Origin: an uncultured delta proteobacterium
GTDB lineage: Bacteria; Myxococcota; Kuafuiibacteriia; Kuafuiibacteriales; Kuafuiibacteriaceae
Length of the DNA stretch: 64,000 nucleotides
Direction of reading: 5' to 3'
NCBI GenBank assembly: GCA_963803435.1
Contig: CAWDML010000001.1
Coordinates: 672,001 to 736,000 of the forward strand
This document shows, one piece after another, positions 18,178 through 29,184 of this stretch (within the stretch, counting starts at the first letter, position 1; each line of letters begins with the position of its first letter). A program made the translations under genes and the position numbers. The notes below the pieces were generated by a model, which had not been told where the DNA came from, did not search any database, and was given only the letters and a program-made list of their open reading frames with translations.

Positions 18178-20328
18178 TCAGGTGTCCGAAAAGGGCTTCG
18201 TGCGCTTGTAGTCGCCCGCGAGCCAGCTTCGCATCTCGGAGTCGTACCAGCGCGAGAACCGTCGATCGGAGGGTCCTCCGGCCAGGCAGCTCTCCCAGCC
18301 CGGCTCCGAGAAGTCGGTGATCAGACGAAACGACGGCGCGAACGAGGTCACCCGGCCGCCGGCGCGATAGATCTGCCCCTGGTGCGGCGTCGCCCGCCCG
18401 CCGATCAGCGGGAAGGGGCCCCGATCGAACCCGAGCGCTCGCGGCAGCCTCTCGCCGAAGAGCAGGTGCTTCTGCACGAGCGCGCGCCGGGAGCCCCAGG
18501 AACGCGGGGTCGAAGAGAGCGCGCGGGCGATCGCGCGCTCGTAGAGCTCCTCGCGCGACACGTCGCCGAACCACACCGAGCGCGGCGAGAGCAGCACGCG
18601 ATCGAAGCTCGAATAGAAGTCCGTGAAGATGCCGGTCTCGTCCTTCAAGAATCCGACCGCTTCCTCGCCGAGCAGACGGCCGAACACCGCGCAAAAGAGC
18701 TCGGCATAGAAGCGCTCGAACGCATCTGCGCCGAGTGAGTCGGCGGAGTACTCGAAGTTCCACTCGCGGAGCGCACGGCCGTCGGGCGTGTCCGGGAGGA
18801 GCGGTCTCAGGATCTCGAGGAAGCGCTCGGCCTGCTTCGAGCGCACGTCCATCTGGATGCGCTTCATGTCGTCCGGCGCGAGCGCATCGCGCGCCTCGAG
18901 GAGCTCGGCGATCCGCTGGGACCGGTACGGTCCCATGTCCACGGTGATCGGCGCGATCTTTCCCAGGTGGTTCAGATCGTCGTTCGCCGTGACGATGAAG
19001 CCGCGCTCCGGATCGAACGCGCGCGGAAGATCCTCGATCGCATGGAACCCGCGCCAGTCGTTGGCCGGATCCCAGCCGGCGACCGGTACCAGCCCGCTCC
19101 ATCCCTCGCGCCGGATCGGGATCAGGCCGGACATCTGATAACCGATGTGCCCGGCGGCGTCGGCGAGGACCCAGTTGAACGACGACTCGAGCGCGCCCAG
19201 GTGGCGCATGCCCTCGTAGACCGAGCTCGCGTTCCACATGGCGAAGATCCCCTCGAGGGAGCGCGCGCCCGACGGCGCGGCCGACCAGCGCGTCGCCAGG
19301 AGGTAGCCCTCCTCGGTCGGATCGCCGTCGAGGACGCCGTGCTCGTCAGTCTCCCAGAGCACCAGCTCTTCCGCGCCGCCGCCCTTCTTGGCGATGATCT
19401 CGACGCGGCGGTGGAGCGGCCGCCACTCGTCCCCGCGCCGGACGCGCCCGTCCTTGACGTGCTCGATCCACGAGTCGGTCGCGTCGGCGAAGCTGTAGGT
19501 GGCGCCCCACGCGAGGTCGTCGGTGCGGGCCAGGAGGAGCGCGGGGAGACCGGGCATCGTCGCGGACACCGCCGAGCGGCGCGGCGTCTCGAAGACGACC
19601 TCGTACCAGACGGCCGGCAGCCGGTTGACCTCGAGGTGGGGATCGTTCGCGAGGATGGGGCGGCCCGACCGCGTGCGACGGCCGGAGACCACCCAGTTGT
19701 TCGACGCGGTGAGGCGGGCGCCGCCTGCCAGAAATCGCACCGAGGCGGGAACGATCCGCTCGCCGAGCCGCACCTTCTCGATCAGCCCGCGATCGAGACC
19801 GCCCAGACGTCCGGGGAAGAGCGCCTCGAGGTGCGCGTCGCTCACGCCCGCCTGCACCATCTGAACGATCAATCGCTCGAGCTCGCCCTGGGATTGCGCC
19901 AGCGTGAGGTAGCCGCTCATCCGCGCGATCAGCAGCGAGTCTTCGATCCGCCAGATCTCCGGGTGGTGGCGGAACAGGCGCAGCTCCCAGGGGATCGAGC
20001 GCGCGAGGGCCGCGTTGATCCCCTCGGCGTAAGCCTCCGCCAGCTGCCGGGCCGACGCGCTCAACCTCGTCCGCTCGACGTCGAGGCCGCTGCGCCAGTT
20101 CATACGCCGGAAGAAGCGATCGACCTCCACCAGCGAGGCGTCGAGGATCTCGGCTGCGCGGCCCTGTCCAAGGATGCGCATGAACAGGAGCTGGAGCGCA
20201 CGGTCGTGTCCGTGCGCGAAGCCGAGCCCGCGGTACAGGCTCGCGTCATCGTCGCCCCGGACGTGGATCACCCCATGCGCGTCCCGCTCGAGCGCGACCC
20301 GTTCGTCGGCGTACACCCGCGCAGGCAT
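18178..20328 (-). CDS. Penicillin acylase family Ntn-hydrolase
   Basis: RDAHGVIHV, GLGFAHGHDR, nucleophile motif ASNNW, LANDPHL, VTAN. Confidence 0.92.
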   Translation of the reverse strand: MPARVYADERVALERDAHGVIHVRGDDDASLYRGLGFAHGHDRALQLLFMRILGQGRAAEILDASLVEVDRFFRRMNWRSGLDVERTRLSASARQLAEAYAEGINAALARSIPWELRLFRHHPEIWRIEDSLLIARMSGYLTLAQSQGELERLIVQMVQAGVSDAHLEALFPGRLGGLDRGLIEKVRLGERIVPASVRFLAGGARLTASNNWVVSGRRTRSGRPILANDPHLEVNRLPAVWYEVVFETPRRSAVSATMPGLPALLLARTDDLAWGATYSFADATDSWIEHVKDGRVRRGDEWRPLHRRVEIIAKKGGGAEELVLWETDEHGVLDGDPTEEGYLLATRWSAAPSGARSLEGIFAMWNASSVYEGMRHLGALESSFNWVLADAAGHIGYQMSGLIPIRREGWSGLVPVAGWDPANDWRGFHAIEDLPRAFDPERGFIVTANDDLNHLGKIAPITVDMGPYRSQRIAELLEARDALAPDDMKRIQMDVRSKQAERFLEILRPLLPDTPDGRALREWNFEYSADSLGADAFERFYAELFCAVFGRLLGEEAVGFLKDETGIFTDFYSSFDRVLLSPRSVWFGDVSREELYERAIARALSSTPRSWGSRRALVQKHLLFGERLPRALGFDRGPFPLIGGRATPHQGQIYRAGGRVTSFAPSFRLITDFSEPGWESCLAGGPSDRRFSRWYDSEMRSWLAGDYKRTKPFSDT

Positions 20329-20409
20329 GCGCTGAACCTACCACGGTGACACAGGGGCACGTCGATCGTCCGAGATGGACCCCGAAGCCGATTGGCTACG
20401 ATTGAGGGC

Positions 20410-21793
20410 ATGCGGATGCGCGTGCTCCTCGCAGCCGGCTTGCTGGCGGCCTGCAGTCAGAGTCCCGTGACGCTCGAACCGAAGGACTCCGGTCCGGGCC
20501 CCCGCGACGACGCCGGCACCGTGACGACCGGCGACGACGCGGGCGGAATCGCGGACGAGGACAGCGGGGTCCCTCTCACCGACAGCGGTTTGCCGTACTA
20601 CACGTGGTGGCAGGACGTGGAGCCGCTGGTGCGGCAGCGCTGCCAGCTCTGTCATTCCAATCCACCGCAGTTTGGCGCGCCCCGTCCGTTCGTCGAGTAC
20701 GAGGACACGCAGGTCCTCATCAACAACACCCCCGCCCATCAGGTGATGGTCTACCGGATCCTCGCCAATCAGAATCGAATGCCGCCCAACTCACAGACGC
20801 AGCTGACCGATCAGGAGAAGCGCATCATCCAGGTCTGGTCGGAGATCGGCGCGCCGGAGGGCGTGCGGCCCGATCATCCCGACGGAGGGACGCCGGACAC
20901 GGACGCCGGGACCACGGAAGAGGACGGCGGGACCGTCACGCGACCGATTCTCGCGCACGTTCGAGCTCCGCGCGACGGCCGCCGGCGGCGGCGCCCCCTA
21001 CACACTGCCGGTGCAGAACACCAACTACGTCTGCTGGTCGATGACCGTGCCCGCAGGCATGACCGCCGACGAGCACATGTTCCGCTACGAGCCGATTCTC
21101 GACAACACCACCAACACGCACCACATGCTCTTGTTCCACGACCCGAACGGCGGCAACGATCCGGGACCGTTCTCCTGCGACGGATTCCCACTCGACTGGA
21201 ACATGATCGGCGGCTGGGCCCCCGGCCGCACCGCCGACGAGATCCCCGACGGTGCGGGCGTCCCCATCCAGGCCGGGGAGCAGATCGTCCTCCAGGTCCA
21301 CTACGACAGCGTCACCTCGCCCGGATCGACCGACAACAGCGGGATGCGCATCATCTTGACCGACGAGCCGGACCTCACGCCCGCCGGTGTCGTCTGGGCC
21401 GGCGTGATCTGGTCGTCGAACCTCAACGGGAGCAACGTCAGCCGCGGCAACACCTGCACGCTCAACCAGGCCGTCACGATGTTCTCCGTCTTCCCGCACA
21501 TGCATCGGCTCGGCTCCCGCATCACCCTCGAGGTGCAACGGTCGGGTCAGAGCAACTGGACCTCGCTGGTCGACATCTCGGGGTGGAGCTTCGAGGATCA
21601 ACCCAACGTCGCGATCCCGCCCGGCGAGCAGATGTTCATGCCGGGCGACAAGCTGCGGACGACCTGCTGGTGGAACACGCAGGGTCAGAGCGTCGGCTTC
21701 GGTGAGGCCTCCTCCGACGAGATGTGCTTCAACTTCGTGTACCACTACCCGAAGATCAACTTCGACTTCGCCTGCGTCGGCTACTCGCCCTGA
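20410..21793 (+). CDS. Lipoprotein: c-type heme domain fused to copper type II (PHM/DBH-like) monooxygenase, apparent +1 frameshift at ~20948
   Basis: Lipobox LAAC, CQLCH...RMPP. After the frameshift: THHMLL, QVHY, PHMH, DEMC. Confidence 0.8.
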
Positions 21794-23052
21794 AGCGCGC
21801 GCTCGAGCTCGCTCTTCACCGCCTCTTCCATCGGCGCGCCGGCAATCGTGTGCGCCACCGCGATGGACGCCAGCGCTGGAAGCCGCAGCTCGCGCGTCTT
21901 GATCCGCGCGGCGGCCTCCAGCGCAGCCGTGAACTCGCCGCGGGCGGCGTGCGCCTGCGCGATCCGGCTGGCCGCCTCCGATCCCCAGATCACGTCGGTG
22001 TCGAGCCGCTGCCGGACCCGCTCGGCCTGCTCCATCTGGCCGGCATCGGCGAGATGACCGGCGAGGTAGGCGTCCGCCTTGTGGCGCGTCGCGGTCGGCG
22101 GCGCCTTGGCCAGCGCCGTCTCGGCCTCCTCCAGGCGCCCGCGATCGATCAGACGCATCGCGATGTCGGTCAGGGCGGTCGCCCGCATCACGGCATCGTC
22201 GATCTCCTGCGCCACGTCGAGCGACTGTCCCAGGAACCACTTGGCTTCGCGACCGCGCCCCGCCTTACCGGCCATCCCCGAGAGCTCCGCGAACGTGCGG
22301 GCTCGGATCCACAGCGACTCGATGCCCTTGACGATCCGGATCGCCCGCCGCTGCGCGCCGCGCCCATAGGCCACCCGCGCCGTCGCCGCCGCCGCCTCTG
22401 CCCGCCAGTGCGGGCTGGCGACGGTCTCCAGCGCCCGATCGGCGCCCTTGCGATTGCCCGACTCGTACATGTCGATCACCACCGCCGCCATCGCCTCGTC
22501 CCGGCGCGCCGGGACGGCGATGTGCATGGATGCCTTGCCCGCTTCGTCGCGATGCCCGGCCGCCAGCAGGCCCTTCACCAGCGAGACCTCGGCGGTCGCC
22601 CGCCAGTCCCTGTCGGTGATCGAAGCGATGAGCGTGCGCGCTGCCGCGAAGTCACGCCGCTCGGCGATCCGCTCGACGATCGTCGCCAGGGTCTCGCTCT
22701 GTACGTCCGGGGCGCCGATCTGCTGCGCGGTGGTCTTGGCGGCGTCGAGCTGGCCCGCGATCGCCTGACCGTTCGCGAGCGCCGCCAGCACCGCCTCCCG
22801 ATCGTTCGGGTCGGCCAGCGCCGGCACCATCGCCTCGGCCTCCGCCAGGTACGGCGCCGCGTCCTCTCCTCGGCCGCCGCGCGCGAACGCCACTCCGAGC
22901 TCCGCGGTGAGGAGCGCGCGCCCGGCCTCGTCGGAGATCTTGCGCCCGAGCCGCTCCGCGTGCTCGGCCAGGTTCTTCGGCGGCGCCTCCACGGGGGCCT
23001 CCACCTTCTGGGTACAGCCGGCCGCGAGCAGGATCAGCCATCGCACCCTCAC
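21781..23052 (-). CDS. Alpha-helical repeat (TPR/HEAT-like) lipoprotein
   Basis: Lipobox AAGC. Recurrent ~33-aa units (A...I.D...R..AL..IA). Confidence 0.75.
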   Translation of the reverse strand: MRVRWLILLAAGCTQKVEAPVEAPPKNLAEHAERLGRKISDEAGRALLTAELGVAFARGGRGEDAAPYLAEAEAMVPALADPNDREAVLAALANGQAIAGQLDAAKTTAQQIGAPDVQSETLATIVERIAERRDFAAARTLIASITDRDWRATAEVSLVKGLLAAGHRDEAGKASMHIAVPARRDEAMAAVVIDMYESGNRKGADRALETVASPHWRAEAAAATARVAYGRGAQRRAIRIVKGIESLWIRARTFAELSGMAGKAGRGREAKWFLGQSLDVAQEIDDAVMRATALTDIAMRLIDRGRLEEAETALAKAPPTATRHKADAYLAGHLADAGQMEQAERVRQRLDTDVIWGSEAASRIAQAHAARGEFTAALEAAARIKTRELRLPALASIAVAHTIAGAPMEEAVKSELERALQGE

Positions 23053-23097
23053 GCGTGCGATCTAACAGAGCCCGTTCTCCCGGTCGATCGAGGGTCC

Positions 23098-24492
23098 TCA
23101 GCGGGGGTCGCCCGGCGGCACCACCACGACCTGCGGCTCGAGCCGGCGCTGGACGGAGACGGCCGCCAGGGCCACCACGCTGCAGCCGAGCACCAGCGCG
23201 ATGCACGCGAGCACGGCCGCGATCCGATCGTGCTTGCTCATCCCGCCGCGGCGCTGGACCGGTCGCGGCGTCGCCGGCCGTGGGGCCGGCACCTCCACCA
23301 ACCGCGTCGCGCCCACGGACGGACCCCGCGGCTCGAACGACAGCGAGGGCAGGCGGGGCTCACTCCGCGTTCGCTCCGCCGCGAGCTGGAGCAGCGTCTC
23401 CGCCTCCACGGCCAGCCTCTCCTCGACCGCTCCCCGCTGGTCCTGCCGTTCACGCTCCACCACGCAAGCGAAGCGCGCAGCGAGCGAACGCGAGCGAAGG
23501 CGGGTGGGCGGGTCCTGGCCGACCGGGTCTCGCTCATCCGGTACGGTCGCCTCGTCGATGGTGGCGTCGGGGATGACGGTGAGCGCGCGGCCCGCCACGA
23601 ACATCAGGCTCGTGCGATCGGCGAACTGGATGCCGTCGAGTCGGGTCGGCGGGTCCGGCATCAGATCGAGCGCGCGGATCAGCGTGTCGGCGTGGGGTGG
23701 ACGGTCCTCCGGGCGCTTCGAGAGAAGCTGGTCCACGATCCGCTCGAGACCGGTATCGGTGGTGAGCGGCGGCGGCGCGCGATTCATCTGCTGATCGAGC
23801 ACCTCCATCATCGCCCCCTCGAACGGCGCCTGACCCGAGAGCATCTCGTAGAGCACCACGCCCAAGGAGTAGAGATCGGAGGCCGGGCTCACCGAGGTCG
23901 GATTCATCACCTGTTCGGGCGCCATGTAGCGGGGCGTCCCGATGATCACCTCGTGACCGGTGAGCTCCTTCTCCGAAGGCCCCGACGCGCGCGCCACGCC
24001 GAAGTCGAGGATCTTGACCGTCTCGGACGGAACGCGTCCGAGCAGCATGATGTTGGCGGGCTTGAGATCGCGATGAACGATCTGGTGGCGGTGCGCCTCT
24101 GCCAGCCCAGCCGCAAGTTGTCTTGCAATCCGGCGGATGCGCCAGGGCTCGAGCGAGCCTTCCTGCTCGATGACCTCCGCCAGCGTACGACCCTCGAGGA
24201 GCTCCATCGCCAGGAAGGGGCGGCCGCCGGGTGCGAGACCAAAGTCGAAGACGGAGACCACGTTCGGATGCGAGATGGTCGCGAGCGCCCGCGCCTCGCG
24301 CTCGAAGCGCTCCAGGAGGCCCGGCGTCGTCACGCTGGTCCTGGTGAGGAGCTTCAGCGCCGAGCGGCGATCGAGGAAGCGGTGCCGCGCCTGATAGACG
24401 CGCGCCGCCGAGCCCTCGCCGATGAGGGCCTCGATTCGATAGTTATGGACCACGCTCCCTAGGAGCGGGTCGTGTCGGACTCGACCGCGCAT
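23098..24492 (-). CDS. Hanks-type Ser/Thr protein kinase with C-terminal TM helix
   Basis: IGEGSAARVY, ALK, HRDLKPAN, DFG, GTPRYMAPE, DLYSLG. Confidence 0.93.
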   Translation of the reverse strand: MRGRVRHDPLLGSVVHNYRIEALIGEGSAARVYQARHRFLDRRSALKLLTRTSVTTPGLLERFEREARALATISHPNVVSVFDFGLAPGGRPFLAMELLEGRTLAEVIEQEGSLEPWRIRRIARQLAAGLAEAHRHQIVHRDLKPANIMLLGRVPSETVKILDFGVARASGPSEKELTGHEVIIGTPRYMAPEQVMNPTSVSPASDLYSLGVVLYEMLSGQAPFEGAMMEVLDQQMNRAPPPLTTDTGLERIVDQLLSKRPEDRPPHADTLIRALDLMPDPPTRLDGIQFADRTSLMFVAGRALTVIPDATIDEATVPDERDPVGQDPPTRLRSRSLAARFACVVERERQDQRGAVEERLAVEAETLLQLAAERTRSEPRLPSLSFEPRGPSVGATRLVEVPAPRPATPRPVQRRGGMSKHDRIAAVLACIALVLGCSVVALAAVSVQRRLEPQVVVVPPGDPR

Positions 24493-24507
24493 TCCCCTAC
24501 ATGGGCA

Positions 24508-25518
24508 TTATCGGGAAGCGGCTCGTTCCGTTGCGGCTTCCGCGCGCTCCCTGAGCCCCAGGTCGATGAGCTCGTAGACCCGCGACTTCACCTGCTCCTG
24601 GCAGGCCTCCACCACGGCGGGATCGTCGGCGGCCTCGGGCGGATACGGGAAGTGGATCGGCTCGCCGACGTACTGGGTCATCTTCGCGGGGAACGGCAGG
24701 AGGCCGAGGCCGAGCGGGATGCTGATGGGGAGCAACGCCCGCTTGGTGCGGAAGAGCTGGTAGGCCGTCGTGTAGCCGTCGAAGAACACATGATAGGTGT
24801 CGTCGGTTCCGACGTTGGCGGACGGGATGATCGGGCACCCGTTGCGGAGCGCCATCCGAATGAAGCCGTATCGCCCGCGCCACAGCAGGCGATAGCGATA
24901 CTTGGAGGACTTCCAGGCCTCCTTGGAGCCGCCCGGCATGATGAAGATCATCTGCTCGTCCTGGAGAAGCGCGTCGCCATTCTGGTGGCGGCCCAAGACC
25001 GCGCCCATGTCCATGAACAGCTGCCGCAACCAGGGGAGCTTGAAGATGCGCCAGTCGGTCAGACCGCGCGGCCAGCGACCGGTGGCGCGGCGGATCTCGT
25101 AGGCGAGGAACCAGCCGTCGATCGGCAGCAGCCCGTGGTTGGAGACGATCATCGCCCTGCCCCGCTTCGGAATGTTGGCGAGGCCATTCACCTCGTAGCG
25201 GAAGTACGTCTTGAGCACCCACTCGACCGGCTCGAGGGCGAGCATGACGTCTTCGCGGATCAGATCGATCCGATCCTCGTCGCCGGCTCGATAGCTGTCC
25301 TTGGGAAAGTAGGGCCGGAGCGCCTCCCGGACCGTCTTGAGGTAGCGGATCAGATCGTCCGACGGTGGCGTGAACGGTTCAGGTGCGGCCGGCTCCTCGT
25401 GGACCCTCTTGCGCTCGGCCTCGTCGGTGCCGGCGCGCCGCAGGATGGCTTGCCGAAACTGTGCCCGCGCCGTCGGGTCGAGCGCGTCGTACAGCTGGAG
25501 GAGATGATCGGTGCTCAT
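24508..25518 (-). CDS. Lysophospholipid/glycerol acyltransferase (PlsC-like)
   Basis: VSNHGLLPID (HxxxxD), MPGG, GFIRMALRNGCPIIP, VGEPI. Start at MSTDHLLQ overlaps the upstream stop. Confidence 0.88.
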   Translation of the reverse strand: MSTDHLLQLYDALDPTARAQFRQAILRRAGTDEAERKRVHEEPAAPEPFTPPSDDLIRYLKTVREALRPYFPKDSYRAGDEDRIDLIREDVMLALEPVEWVLKTYFRYEVNGLANIPKRGRAMIVSNHGLLPIDGWFLAYEIRRATGRWPRGLTDWRIFKLPWLRQLFMDMGAVLGRHQNGDALLQDEQMIFIMPGGSKEAWKSSKYRYRLLWRGRYGFIRMALRNGCPIIPSANVGTDDTYHVFFDGYTTAYQLFRTKRALLPISIPLGLGLLPFPAKMTQYVGEPIHFPYPPEAADDPAVVEACQEQVKSRVYELIDLGLRERAEAATERAASR

Positions 25519-26060
25519 ACGATGACGGCCGCCGCCACGGTCAGGCCCGCGATCCCCCAGACGATCATCGATGGTCCCGGCTTGATCGATCGGGTCGTCT
25601 CGAGCACGCCGCGATAGCTCGGCGAGAGGATACGTCGCCCGCGGCCGAGCAGCACGCCGAGGAGCAGCACGTGAAAGAGCGCGCCGCCCGAGGACATCGC
25701 GACCACCGGCGCGGGCACCCCGGCCCCGAGGACGGCCCGGATCGGGAACGACCCGAGCGCCGCCAGGCCGAGGACGGCCAGCACCGGGGCAGGCAGGCGC
25801 GCCCGCGGATCGAGGCGGGCCAAGGCCACCCCGAGGCCAAGGAGGGATCCACCGATCGCCGCCACCGCCAGCGCGGCCCAGGGTTCGACCCGGGAGCGGC
25901 CGTCGATGAGGGCGCCCACCACCGAGAGGGCGAAGGCGACGCCCGCGATCCCATACAGCACGCCGCTCGACCGCAGGAATCGCTCGTAGGGGAGCAGGGC
26001 GAGACGCTGCACCTCGTCCGCCTGACTCCGTCGGCCCCCGATCTGCACGAGGTCCGTCAC
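25515..26060 (-). CDS. Hypothetical integral membrane protein
   Basis: Four to five hydrophobic segments. Translationally coupled to the acyltransferase. Confidence 0.6.
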   Translation of the reverse strand: MTDLVQIGGRRSQADEVQRLALLPYERFLRSSGVLYGIAGVAFALSVVGALIDGRSRVEPWAALAVAAIGGSLLGLGVALARLDPRARLPAPVLAVLGLAALGSFPIRAVLGAGVPAPVVAMSSGGALFHVLLLGVLLGRGRRILSPSYRGVLETTRSIKPGPSMIVWGIAGLTVAAAVIV

Positions 26061-26130
26061 CGGGCGACGCGTACGTCATGTGGCATGCGGTGGGAAGATG
26101 GAGTCTTGTCCATCGGCGCCAACCCTGGAA

Positions 26131-27376
26131 ATGATGGCATGTCCAGGTGTGTCCGAGGCGGAAGTGGTGAAACGGGACGACCGGGAGAAGCCGCTGGTGT
26201 TCGAGGACGACACGCCCGGAACCCCGGAACACCAGGACCACGCGACCATCATCGACGGACCCCTCGGGCAGGAGGTCGCGAGCCAGCTGCGCGCGCTCCG
26301 GCAGGAGCTCCAGCGGGTACGAGAGTCGCAGGTGGAGAAGACGTCGTTCGCGGCGGCGCCCACCTTCGACGACGATGAGCCGACCGGCGACGACCCGACC
26401 TCCTGGGAGGCGCCGGTGTTCCCGGATGCCACCAGCCTGGACGAGCCGACGTTCCACGACGGGCTGGGCGTCAGCGCCGTCCCCTATCACGCCCAGGACG
26501 AACCGGAGCACACCGAGCGGGCGCAGATCCCGATCATCGAGCCGATGCGCCCCGCACCGCCGGGCGACCCGTCGGAGTACACGCGCAAGGAGCCGATCCC
26601 GATGGAGCTGTTCTTCGAGACGGCCGAGCCGGAGGTCTTCCCGATTCTCGTCGCGACCGAAGCGGGTCCCACGGCCGAAGAGCGCGCCGATCGAGGACAC
26701 CAGCGATGCCTCGGAGCGGACGATGCTCGACGTGGCGGCGGCCATGGGGATGGCGCCGGAGGGCGTGCGCGCCCCCGAGACAGCCCGTGTCTCGGAGGAA
26801 GACACCTTCGACGAGGAGAAGGAGCAACAGCAACCCCGGCTGGCGTTGCCGGCCGCGGAGCCCGATCTGGAGCTGGATCTGTCACCGTTCGTCGAGGAGG
26901 AGCGCTCGAAGGTCCGCCGCTCGCCGCGCGAAGGGATGGGCGGCGGCGAGATTGGCCGCATCGCGAACGCCGCCGCGACCACCTCGAAGCTGATCCCGGT
27001 CTCGCTGGGCGTCTTCGTCATCGTCGCGACGATGTATGTGATGATCTCGCTCTTCCACAGCACCGTGCAGACGCGCGAGGAGCACGTCGAGCTGCGCTTC
27101 CTCGCGACGCTCAACGGCAAGCCCACGCAGGTGGTCACCCAGGAGGGCGCGAAGTCGGCGCGGATCTACATCGAGACCGTCCCCAGCGACCTGCTGGTGA
27201 TCCACAACCGTGAGATCCTGGGCAAGACTCCGCTCACGATCGATCTTCCGATCGCCCTCGGCGACGAGATCGGCGTCGAGCTGAGCGGCCCCTACTACGA
27301 GACGTGGGTGAGCCAGGTCCGCCGCGAGCCGACCAGCGACGAGTACCGCATCCACGCGGAGCTCACGAAGAAGTGA
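26131..27376 (+). CDS. Acidic low-complexity membrane protein with C-terminal PEGA-like domain, apparent +1 frameshift at ~26645
   Basis: Acidic N-terminal frame joins a frame with a TM helix and IYIETVPS...ILGKTPL when one T is removed. Start uncertain. Confidence 0.65.
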
Positions 27377-29184
27377 CAGACAAGCCGACCGACAACCGCA
27401 GCGTGCGTCGGGCGATCGGCCGGTCGATCGGGTTCCTCAACCCCATCGAGAAGCGCCGCTGGGCCGCCCTGATCCCGCTCGCCGTGGTGGCGGCGCTCTT
27501 CGAGGCCGCCGGCGCCGTCCTGATCTTCACCCTGATCGCGGTGATCGCCGATCCGACCGCGATCGACAGCTCCAAGGCCGCCGCCTTCTTCTACCGTGAG
27601 ATCGCGGGCGGCGACCGGCCTCGCTTCATCGCCATCTTCTCCGGGGCGGTCGCCCTGTTCTACGTGGCCAAGAACGGCGCGATCCTCCTCGAGACCTACG
27701 CTGCCAACCGGTGCGCCAGCCAATCGGTCGCCTCGCTCTCCACCAAGCTGCTCAAGGCCTATCTCTCGGCGCCCTACTCCTTCCACTTCCACCGGAACTC
27801 GGCGCACCTCATCCGCAACACCAACAGCGCCGTCGACACCGCCTACCGCGGCGTCCTGGTCTCGGCGGTGCACGCGAGCTGCGAGGTCATGCTGATCGTC
27901 GCGCTGCTGGCGGTCCTGGTCGCGACGGCGCCCTGGGTCACGCTCATCACCAGCGTGGTGATGGGCGTCCTGGTGCTGCTCCTGCTCAAGCTCACCCAGA
28001 AGACGTTCGGGCTCTGGGGCGGACGAACCCACGAGCTGTCGGGCGCGATCATGGCGAACCTCCAGCAGAGCCTGGCCGGCGTGAAGGAGGTGAAGATCCT
28101 GGGCCGCGAGCGGTTCTTCTACGAGTCGTACCGGGAGCAGCGAGCGGCCATGTCCCGCCTCCTCTGGCTGCGGGCGACGCTCGAGAACACGCCGCGCCTG
28201 GTGATCGAGACGGTGTTCGTCCTGGGCGTCGTCCTCGTGATCGTGGTGTTCGAGGCGCGGGGCTCCTCGGAGGACATCGTCCCGCTGCTCGGCCTGTTCG
28301 CCTACGCGGGCTTCCGGATCATGCCGTCCCTCCACCGCATCATCCAGTACATGAACGGCATGCGGTTCGGCGCCGCCTCGGTCGACGAGCTGCACGCGGA
28401 CTTCAACGACCTCGGCGACGCCGCCCTGCCGGAGGAGAGCGACGCGCTCCTGCCCTTCGGGGAGCGGATCCGCTTCGAGTCGGTCAGCTACTCCTATCCG
28501 CGCGCCGACCACCCGGCGATCACCGGGATCGACCTCGAGATCCAGAAGGGTGAGTCGGTCGGGATCGTGGGCGCCACCGGCGCGGGAAAGAGCACGCTGA
28601 TCGATCTGTTGCTGGGGTTGCTGGCGCCGGATCAGGGACGGATCACCGTCGACGGCTTCGACATCCAGGACGATCTGCGCGGCTGGCAGAACCAGATCGG
28701 CTACGTGCCGCAGATGATCTACCTCATCGACGACACGCTCAGACGGAACGTGGCGCTCGGCATCCCCGACGAGCGGATCGACGAGACGCGCGTCGCCCAC
28801 TCGGTGCAGATGGCCCAGCTCGAGGAGTTCGTGGAGGGCCTCTCGAAGCGCCTGGACACGCTGGTCGGCGAGCGCGGCGTACGGCTCTCCGGCGGCGAGC
28901 GGCAGCGGGTCGCGATCGCGCGCGCGCTCTATCGCGAGCCGAACGTCCTCATCTTCGACGAGGCCACCTCCTCGCTCGACAATCGGACCGAGCAGGAGAT
29001 GACGCGGGCGATCGAGAACCTCCGCGGGGACCGGACCTTGATCATCATCGCCCACCGGCTCACCACCGTACGCCGGTGCGATCGGCTGCTGTTCGTCGAC
29101 AAGGGCCGGATCATCGACTCGGGGAGCTTCGACGAGCTGGTGGCCAACAACGAGGAGTTCCGCCGGCTCAGCGCGACCTCTTGA
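27373..29184 (+). CDS. ABC exporter, fused permease/ATPase (PglK/HetA-like glycan flippase type)
   Basis: TM domain followed by GATGAGKST, LSGGERQR, IFDEATS, IAHRL. Confidence 0.9.
   Translation: MTDKPTDNRSVRRAIGRSIGFLNPIEKRRWAALIPLAVVAALFEAAGAVLIFTLIAVIADPTAIDSSKAAAFFYREIAGGDRPRFIAIFSGAVALFYVAKNGAILLETYAANRCASQSVASLSTKLLKAYLSAPYSFHFHRNSAHLIRNTNSAVDTAYRGVLVSAVHASCEVMLIVALLAVLVATAPWVTLITSVVMGVLVLLLLKLTQKTFGLWGGRTHELSGAIMANLQQSLAGVKEVKILGRERFFYESYREQRAAMSRLLWLRATLENTPRLVIETVFVLGVVLVIVVFEARGSSEDIVPLLGLFAYAGFRIMPSLHRIIQYMNGMRFGAASVDELHADFNDLGDAALPEESDALLPFGERIRFESVSYSYPRADHPAITGIDLEIQKGESVGIVGATGAGKSTLIDLLLGLLAPDQGRITVDGFDIQDDLRGWQNQIGYVPQMIYLIDDTLRRNVALGIPDERIDETRVAHSVQMAQLEEFVEGLSKRLDTLVGERGVRLSGGERQRVAIARALYREPNVLIFDEATSSLDNRTEQEMTRAIENLRGDRTLIIIAHRLTTVRRCDRLLFVDKGRIIDSGSFDELVANNEEFRRLSATS

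Noticed and set aside
21724-24462. 912-aa plus-strand ORF and similar long antisense ORFs (24508-27138 extension, 45350-47659, 52672-54825, 61566-63986)
   Set aside because: High-GC shadow frames opposite or overlapping genes with clear family motifs.
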